Part shown: positions 55,020 to 64,000 of the stretch, one piece after another
How positions within the stretch are numbered: the stretch's first letter is position 1
Layout of the letters: every line of letters begins with the position of its first letter
NCBI RefSeq assembly: GCF_006345805.1
Contig: NC_043009.1
Span: 12,276,001 to 12,340,000, forward strand
DNA: 64,000 nt
Origin: Octopus sinensis
Lineage: Eukaryota
Reading direction: 5' to 3'
Made by a program: the position numbers and the translations under genes
Notes under the pieces: model-generated
Told to the model about the DNA's origin: nothing
The model's input: the letters and a program-made list of their open reading frames with translations, nothing else
The model's database searches: none

Positions 55020-55500
55020 TACAGGGTGACGCATGATAAAGTAGCCGGGTTTCTTAAGCATGGTGGAAATACAGAAATAAGTTTAGTAGTTTGTTTTTCT
55101 CATCCACTTTTAATTGCTGTACACATGTGAAATGATATGCCTTCAACTTTTGATTTTTCAACACCCACGGGCACGACCTCCTGCTTATGTGAGACGGCTG
55201 CGTCAATTTACATGATGACTTATTTGGATTTTTAACAGTCCTTTGGCGAATGTCCCGAATAACCTCCAGCATTCGAACTGTTGCGTCTTTCTGTTTAGGG
55301 ATGTTGTATATTGACCCCGTAGCGTGTCACTTCTTAATCAATATTTATATCGTTCTCTTTATCGGTAAGGCTTTAGCCGGAAAATTCACTTCAAAAAGTT
55401 CATGCGTTTGCTTAACAGAATCCGTTCTTGCACATGCTTCCACAATCTACACTCTCTCTGCTATTGAGTAAGTCATTTTGCAGATAAGACTAGAAGTGTT
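55020..55500 (-). mobile_element. Decayed Tc1/mariner DD41D(rosa)-like element, N-terminal transposase only
   Basis: TIR-like tacagggtg at ~55020; minus strand MTYSIAERV.IVE..ARTDSVKQT..LF...F...LP...TI..LIKK..ATGSI..IPK..TVR..EVI..IRQR..KNPNKS..LKAY matches the DUF4817-type N-terminus. Confidence 0.75.
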
Positions 55501-55809
55501 CATTCAATGCGATATTACAATCAACTAATGAGGCGAGGATGTGGTGAAGATAACATAGCAAACAGTCGACTCGTGCGCCACCTTTGTTCAGCAGTAACAA
55601 ACGGTCGCACTAACACAATGACACTTGCAAACGAATCAATGGGTACTTTCTCGTGCGCATAAATTTGTTTCTGTACTTACACTACGCTATGGAATTCAGC
55701 CTACCTTTTCGCACTTAACTGTCTGCTACACCCAGATACCCCAGACACAACTTACTTTTTCAATATCCCACATTTTTTATATTTATTGAATCACAAGAAA
55801 TACATGAAG

Positions 55810-56590
55810 GTGGCGAGCTGGCAGAAACGTTAGCACGCCGAGCGAAATGCTTAGTGGTATTTCGTCTGTCGTTACGTTCTGAGTTCAAATTCCGCCGAGG
55901 TCGACTTTGCCTTTCATCCTTTCGGAGTCGATAAATTAAGTACCAGTTACGCCCTGGGGTTGATGTAATCGACTTAATCCCTTTGTTTGTCCTTGTTTGT
56001 CCTCTCTGTGATTAGCTCCTTGTGGGTAGTAAAGAAATAGGTATTTCGTCTGCCGCTACGTTCTGAGTTCAAATTCCGCCGAGGTTGACTTTGCCTTTCA
56101 TCCTTTCGGGGTCGATAAATTAAGTACCAGTTACGCCCTGGGGTTGATGTAATCGACTTAATCCCTTTGTTTGTCCTTGTTTGTCCTCTCTGTGATTAGC
56201 TCCTTGTGGGTAGTAAAGAAATAGGTATTTCGTCTGCCGCTACGTTCTGAGTTCAAATTCCGCCGAGGTTGACTTTGCCTTTCATCCTTTCGGGGTCGAT
56301 AAATTAAGTACCAGTTACACACTGGGGTCGATATAATCGACTTAATCCCTTTCTCAGTCCTTGTTTGTCCTCTCTGTGTTTAGCCCCTTGTGGGTAGTAA
56401 AGAAACAGGTATTTCGTCTGCCGTTATGTTCTGAGTTCAAATTCCGCCGAGGTCGACTTTGCCTTTCATCCTTTCGGAGTCAATAAATTAAGTACCAGTT
56501 ACGCACTGGGGTCGATGTAATCGACTTAATCCCTTTCTCTGTCCTTGTTTGTCCCCTCTCTGTTTATTGTGGGCAATAAAGAAATAAGAG
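55810..56590 (+). mobile_element. SINE head plus four tandem 184-bp units
   Basis: ggtatttcgtc at 55856, 56040, 56224, 56408. Confidence 0.95.
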
Positions 56591-57565
56591 ATACGTAATA
56601 GAGGAACCTCCTATCCTGACCAAGTGCAAGAGAGCTAATGCCAGTAACTTTTCAACTTAATCCTATAGATAAACACAGGGCCATTGGTGGCGTTTGTAGA
56701 TGAATCATATGCACTGTCATGTTACTTTCATCTAAACCTGGATTGAGTTCTCTTAGCTTCTATAAGTCAGGCGTTTGTAAGAATTTGGAATTGACACTGC
56801 AACAGCGATCGCTGGTACATAGAGACTAGGTCGTGAAAGTTGATATCTTTAACTTTGACCGGCTCCGAACCATTGACCCTTCAACTTGTAGTCTGACACA
56901 CTATCTTGTGGTGTAATATCTGTATACGTGCTGAAATGTGAAATCTCTATTGGAATTGGCATTTTCGCTCAATGAAATATGACTAAAGAAATGTCACCTT
57001 TGATCTGATTAGAAATTTCTTTTTCGACATCTCTTAATCCGTCGGCATGAAGCTATTATGCAACACAATAATATTAAATATCAATCTTGGTTCTCAGAAA
57101 GGCATGTTAAGAGAAGAAGAATCAAAGTCGACAGAGTCAATTAATAACAACCACAACAACGATAACAACAGCAACAACTAAAACGGCAACTGACATAACA
57201 ACAACAACTACAACAACAACGTTTGAACAGATGTTGCAAGTCTTAAAGCTAACAAGAAAGTGAAATAAACAAACTTTTAAATATACACACATGCGTATAT
57301 ACATGCATACATGTAAATACAAATGTATATACACACATACACACACATACATATATATACACATACATATACACATACATACATGAATACATACGTACAT
57401 ACATATGTACGTACGTATATACATACATACATCAATACGTACATAAGTACATACATACATACATAATACATACATACATACATATATACATACATACGTA
57501 CGTACGTACGTACATACATACATACATACATATATACATACATACGTACGTACATACATACATAT

Positions 57566-57596
<31 letters not shown>

Positions 57597-57706
57597 CATA
57601 CATACATACATACATACATACATACATACATACATACATACATACATGCATACATGCATACATACATACATACATGCATACATGCATACATACATACATA
57701 TATACA

Positions 57707-57740
<34 letters not shown>

Positions 57741-57778
57741 CATACATACGTACGTACATACATACATACATACATACA

Positions 57779-57812
<34 letters not shown>

Positions 57813-57990
57813 CATACATACATACATACATACATAAATACATACATACATACATACATACATGCATACATGCATACATACATACATGCATACATGCATA
57901 CATACATACATATATACATACATACATACATACATACATACATACATACATACATACATACATACGTACGTACATACATACATACATACA

Positions 57991-58024
<34 letters not shown>

Positions 58025-58329
58025 CATACATGCATATATACATACATAAATACATACATACATATATACATATATACATACATACGTACGTACATACATA
58101 CATACATACATACATACATACAGTTGTGTATGCATGTGTGCATGCATTGAGAGGCATTTCAGCTTAGGGGTATCAGTTTTGATATGAATACTTAACGTAT
58201 TTAGATATCTTATCAAAGGGGATAAAGAAGAGGGCGGGGCGGGGAGGGGGCGGGGTGGCTAAGGGAATTTGAATCGTTTAGATATATATATTGATGTCCT
58301 TATTATCGTTGGCAGCTGCAGGCCAATGA

Positions 58330-58410
58330 TTACGGCGGTGATGATGATGATGATGATGATGATAATGACGACGTCGACGACGACGATGCTGATGATGGTG
58401 ATGATGATGA

Positions 58411-58442
<32 letters not shown>

Positions 58443-58611
58443 ATGATGATGATGATGATGATGATGGTAGTGATGATGATGATGATGATGGTAGTGATGA
58501 TGATGATGATGATGATGGTAATGATGATGATGATGATGATGATGGTAGTGATGATGATGATGATGATGATGATGATGGTAGTGATGATGATGATGATGAT
58601 GATGATGGTAG

Positions 58612-58643
<32 letters not shown>

Positions 58644-58727
58644 GTAGTGATGATGATGATGATTGATAATGACGACGTCGACGACGACGATTGATGAGCT
58701 GATTGAGGTGATGATGATGATGATGCT

Positions 58728-58758
<31 letters not shown>

Positions 58759-59390
58759 ATGATGATGGTAGTGATGTGATGATGAGATGGTAGTGATGAT
58801 GATGATGATGATGATGGTAATGATGATGATGATGATGATGATGGTAGTGATGATGATGATGATGATGATGATGGTAGTGACGTTGATGATGATGATGATA
58901 TGGTGAGTGATGATGATGTGATGATGATGATGATGGTAGTGATGATGATGATGATGATGATGATGAGGATTAGTGATGATGATGAGATGGTAGTGATGAT
59001 GATGATGATGATGATGTAATGATGATGATGATGATGATGATGGTGTAGTGATGATGATGATGATGATAATGTGATGGTAGTACGTTGATGATGATGATGG
59101 TAGTGATGATGATGAGATGATGATATGGTAGTGATGATGATGATGATGATGATGGTAATGCTGATGATGATGATGATGGTAATGATGATGATGATGATGA
59201 TGATGGTAGTGATGATGATGATGATGATGGTAGTGATGATGATGATGATGATGATGATGGTAGTTGATGATGAGATGATGATGATGATGTAGTGAGATGA
59301 GTGTGATGATGATGATGGTAGTTTTTCTGATGATGTGATGATGCTGATGATGGTAGTGATGAGATTGATGACGACGATGATGATAGGCAT
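58330..59390. repeat. ~1.06-kb (GAT)n/(GGTAGT) compound microsatellite
   Basis: Direct reading; explains the poly-M/H/I/S ORFs. Confidence 0.97.
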
Positions 59391-60357
59391 ACACAAACAT
59401 ATACGCGCATATGTGTATGTTACATGCGTGCATTCAGTAGTGGGGTATGGGGCGCGTGTGCGTGTTTGTCTACATGGTGCGCGTGCGCATGTGCATTAAC
59501 ATAACAAGAGTTATAGGGAGCTTTCAGAAGTAGGACGTTTTTCTACATGTAAACACAGGTGCAAGCTTGGTCCAGGAAAATATATACAAACATGTATGTA
59601 TGTATGTATGTATCTGTTTGTGTGTATCTATGTGTATATACATAGATCTAATACACACACACATACATACATATATATATATATATACTGTTTTTCTTGT
59701 TTCAGTCATTTGACTGTGGTCATGCTGGAGCACCGCCTTTAGTCGAACAAATCGACCCAGGCCTTATTTTTTTTGTAAGCCTAGTACTTATTCTGTCGGT
59801 CTCTTTGGCCGAACTGCTCGTATACGGGGACGTAAGCACACCAACATCGGTTTTCAAGCAATGATAGGGGGACAAAAACAGACACACAAGCACACACACA
59901 CACATATATACACACCCACACACATACACACGCATACGACAGCTTCATTCAGATTCTGTGTACCAAGTCCATTCATAAGGCTTTGGTCGGTCCGAGGCAA
60001 TAGTAGAGATCGTTTGCCCAATGTGCCACGCAATGGGAAGGGAACCATGTGCTTAGAAAGCAAGCTTCTTACCACACAGCCACTCCTGCATATATATATA
60101 TGTGTGTGTGTGTTGGTGTGTGTGTGTGTGTGTGTGTGTGTGCATATGCATGTATCTATACACATGTATGTGTGTATGACTGGAGATAGGGGGTGAGCTA
60201 GATATATATATGTGTGTGTGTGTGTGTGTGAGTGTATACACACACACATACATATATAGAAACATATACATCGCTCTCGCTCACTTCCCCTCACAAGTCA
60301 TACACACATACATCTGTAAATACACATGTATATGCATGCATATGTATATACACACAC

Positions 60358-60398
<41 letters not shown>

Positions 60399-60466
60399 TA
60401 TATACATATATACATACACAAACATACATACATACATATACTTACGTATATATATATATATGTTTG

Positions 60467-60523
<57 letters not shown>

Positions 60524-61061
60524 CACACACAAACATACATACAGAGGCACAAACGCACACGCGCGCGTGCACACCCAAACACACGCACACACATACACAC
60601 GCACACACATACACATACTCATCCATTTCCACGTGTCACTACTTCCCTATGTTGAAACTTCTTTGTAACATGTAGAACTGTTTAAAGTAGAAAAAAATAA
60701 CACAAGGAAAATGCGTAGAGCGAGGGAGAGAGAGAGAGGGAGAGAGGTGGGGGAAAGAAGAAATGAAAAACTCAAACAATCCAAAACATTATAAGGAATA
60801 TAAAGTGTAGACAGTAGGAAAAAGTACTTAGATAAGAAGTTCCTACAAAACGTGTTTCTTTGAGACAAAATAGAGACATACACAATTTTCGTTTTTAATC
60901 CTCTTTCCTTTCTCTCATTCTGTGACAACCCCGACTCTACTACTTTGAATGTGTCCCTTGTTATGTCTCTCATCCGTTGCCACCATGAAAAATTTTAAAA
61001 AAACATCATAATCAGCAGCAGCAACAGCAGTAGCACCTTATTATTATCATCATTTGAAGTT

Positions 61062-61800
61062 GGCGTGCTGCCAGAAACGTTACGTTCTGAGCTCAAATTC
61101 CGCCGAGGTTGACTTTGCCTTTCATCCTTTCGGGGTCGATAAATTAAGTACCAGTTACGCACTGGGATCGATGTAATCAATTTAATCCGTTTGTCTGTCC
61201 TTGTTTGTCCCCTCTGTGTTTAGCCCCTTGTGGTAGTAAAGAAATAGGTACTTCGTCTGCCGCTACGTTCTGAGTTCAAATTCCGCCGAGGTCGACTTTG
61301 CCTTTCATCCTTTCGGGGGTCGATAAATTAAGTACCAGTTGCGTACTAGGGTCAATCTAATCAACTGGCCCACTCCCCAAAAATGTCAGGCCTTGTGCCT
61401 ATAGTAGAAAGGATTATTATTATCGTCGTATAAGAAGGCGCGCTGGCAGAATTTCTAACGTACCGGGCGAAATGTTTAGCGGTATTCGCCCGTCGCTACG
61501 TTCTGATTTCAAATTCTGCCGTGGTTGACTTTGCCTCTCATCCTTTCGGGTCGATAAAATAAACTTCAATTGAGTACTGGGGTCGATGTAATCGACTCAT
61601 CCCCTCCCCCAAAATTACTGCCCTTGTGGCAAAAATTGAAACCGTTATTATTGTTATTATCATTTTTAAGTTTGATGGCTTGGGCAGAATCGTTACAGCG
61701 TCGGAAAACTGCTTTGCTGCTTGTGTTCTGACCCTTCCACATTCTGAATTCAAGTTCTGCCGAGGTCAACTTTGCACTTCATCCTTTCTGGGTCGGTTGT
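61062..61800 (+). mobile_element. Cluster of three to four SINE copies
   Basis: Heads at ~61065, ~61437, ~61680; dimer junction at ~61245. Confidence 0.85.
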
Positions 61801-61889
61801 ACCAGTCAGGTACGGTGTCGTTGGTGACGACTAATACCCTACTTACAATATTGCTGAACTTGTGCCTAACTCATCGTCATCGTCATCAT

Positions 61890-63759
61890 CCTCCTCCGCG
61901 GCTCTCGGTAGTAAGTGCAAGGTTCGGCGAAAAGCCGATAACAGCCACTGAAATACGAGAAGTGATTGCACAAGTCGCAAATTGCCATACTTAGATGGTC
62001 TGCCCTATGAATTTTATGTATTCGTGCCCGATTTGTCTGGCGACGTTATGACGAACAGTTACTGACGTTAGTTGGGAAGTGGTGACACTGCTGAAGAAGG
62101 ACGCCAACAGTGGGGACATACTAGGGAATTTTCGGCCCACAATTCTACTAAACACCAAGTTTAAGGTTTTGGCCAAGGTGTTGGCGAAAAGGTTGGTGAT
62201 TGTCGTTGGTTATCTTGTAGGGGAAGTACAAACATGCACAATCCCAAACAGGTCTATCCACGACAACCTCCACCTTATGCGATACATCATAGAGTGGGCT
62301 GGAACTAAAGCTGGCTTCGGTGGGGCCCTGATCCATTTGGATCAATCAAATGCATTCGATAGAGTCGAGCATCACTACCTGGAAGCTGTCCTTAAAGCGG
62401 ACAGTTTCGAACCCTTTTTCAGAGGGTGGATCGCTGTATTGCACAGCGGAACCTTCTCGGTGGTCAAAGTAAATGGCCATCTATCGGAACCGCTTAGCAT
62501 CGTACACTCGGTCCGTCAGGGCTGCCTACTGTCACCACTTCTTTACGTGCTGGCTCTCGAGCCAAGAAGTAGGCGAGCTTGCGACTGGGCACCTGGAGAG
62601 GCAGGTTGATGCTGTCAGATGGCCTCGTCGGACGCTAGACTGCCGGACTAGTTAAATTGCTCGGGTTCTGGTTTGGTCCCGATCACCCGGTCGATAAGAA
62701 CTGGGACAAGGTAACGAACAGGATGGTCAATCTTATCCAGAAATGGGTTGAGAGGAAGCTGTCCTTGAAAGGTCGGGCAGAGGTGGCGAATACCTACAAC
62801 ACCTCCGTCATCATTTATCATCTGACGGTTGTGCCCCAGTTATTGCTTGATCAAGTTGGAGTGTCTCTTGTTCATGTTCTTGTAGAAGGGGCGCGTTTCA
62901 ATGGTCAGGCAGTGACTTAGGCATGCCGTGGATTTTGATGGGCAGATATGCGCTCAGACTGCGCCATCTGCAACGATTTCTTGAAGATGAACGTGTGTGG
63001 GCTCCGTTTGTGAGGTACATGTGTCCGCAACTCGTCTCTTTAACGGAGCTGCAGTCCTGGGTGAAGGGTAAACCAAGAGTGGGCGCCTGGCACCTAGAAG
63101 GTCGTCAGACGCTCACTGTCCTCTACCAGTCGGGCAGTAGGATCAGTGGATGTTCCACTTTAGCAATCTATAGACGATTAGTGACGGGAAAGTGCGACGA
63201 CGTCCTAAGGGAAACTGGGCGTTGATGAAGATGAACTGACTAGTATGTTTCGGAGGACTTTTCGGTCGGGGACTATTATGGATAATTTCCAGGTGTCTTT
63301 GGCTTGGCGGTACTACCGGGGTGGGGGTGGGGCACCACCGGTTAGTGGTAAACTCTACAGTCACAGATGTGCTGTCAGACGGGCTTGACCGAGGTGCACG
63401 CAGAGCAACGAAACCGTTCTGCATGCACTCGTTCAGTTTCCGGTAATTGCTGACTTATGGAGTTATGCCGAACAGCTGCTGTCGCGTGTGGAACGGATCC
63501 GTCAGTCGTCCGCCCCTTAGAGATGATTGTCCTGCTGTCCTCCTTTGATCGAGCAGACAAGGCAGTTTTCCTTTACCTGGTTGCTGTGGCGAAAGAGGTT
63601 GTCTGGTGGACGAGGCTGAAAGGAACGGGGACAGAGACAGTCCTCTTCAGTAAAGCTCTCATCGACTTTTTCAAGTTTCACTTGAAAAGCAAAGTGAGGG
63701 TGGAGAGGTGGGTGTTGACCTCGAGTGAATTTATGAAAAGGAGTGTGAAAGTTGCGAAA
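61890..63759 (+). mobile_element. Tx1/L1-clade LINE ORF2 pseudogene (RT plus C-terminal region), runs into the gap
   Basis: NFRPTILLNTKFKVLAKVLAKRL, NRSIHDNLHLMRYII, LDQSNAFDRVEH, SVRQGCLLSPLLYVLALEP, LGFWFG, W..RKLSLKGRAEVAN; frameshifts and stops. Confidence 0.92.
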
Positions 63760-63859
63760 NNNNNNNNNNNNNNNNNNNNNNNNNNNNNNNNNNNNNNNNN
63801 NNNNNNNNNNNNNNNNNNNNNNNNNNNNNNNNNNNNNNNNNNNNNNNNNNNNNNNNNNN
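63760..63859. other. Assembly gap (100 N)
   Basis: Run of n characters. Confidence 1.
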
Positions 63860-64000
63860 TTTCGGAGGTAAGTGGGTTACATCGACACCAGTGTTCAACT
63901 GGTAATTATTTTACCGACGCCGAAAGGATGAAAGGCAAAATCGACCACAGCGGAATAAGGACTCGGAACGAAAAAACGGACGAAATACCTATTTCTTTAC

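Overview
AT-rich, microsatellite-saturated eukaryotic non-coding DNA (intergenic or deep intronic). The SINE repertoire most resembles an Octopus genome (inference). No host protein-coding gene is recognisable, and most of the supplied ORF track is translated simple repeat. The window holds dozens of tRNA-derived SINEs from at least 3 families, two with head-truncated 184-bp tandem arrays. It also holds decayed DNA transposons (two mariners, a DD41D/rosa-like Tc1-mariner, a pogo-like MITE), LINE relics (Tx1/L1-clade ORF2, CR1-group 3' end, HERO-like restriction-endonuclease C-terminus), a 33-bp minisatellite and a 100-N gap. The most striking unexplained structure is a set of type I hammerhead-ribozyme folds found by eye: 7 with all three helices plus several relics, in 4-5 unrelated sequence families. 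Nearly all sit in short modules beside or between (TA)n tracts, show compensatory changes between paralogues, have (near-)palindromic helix III, and several lie inside 23-240 bp foldback inverted repeats. This suggests a Penelope/retrozyme-like, microsatellite-targeting non-autonomous retroelement system. All folds were paired by hand; none was computed or tested.
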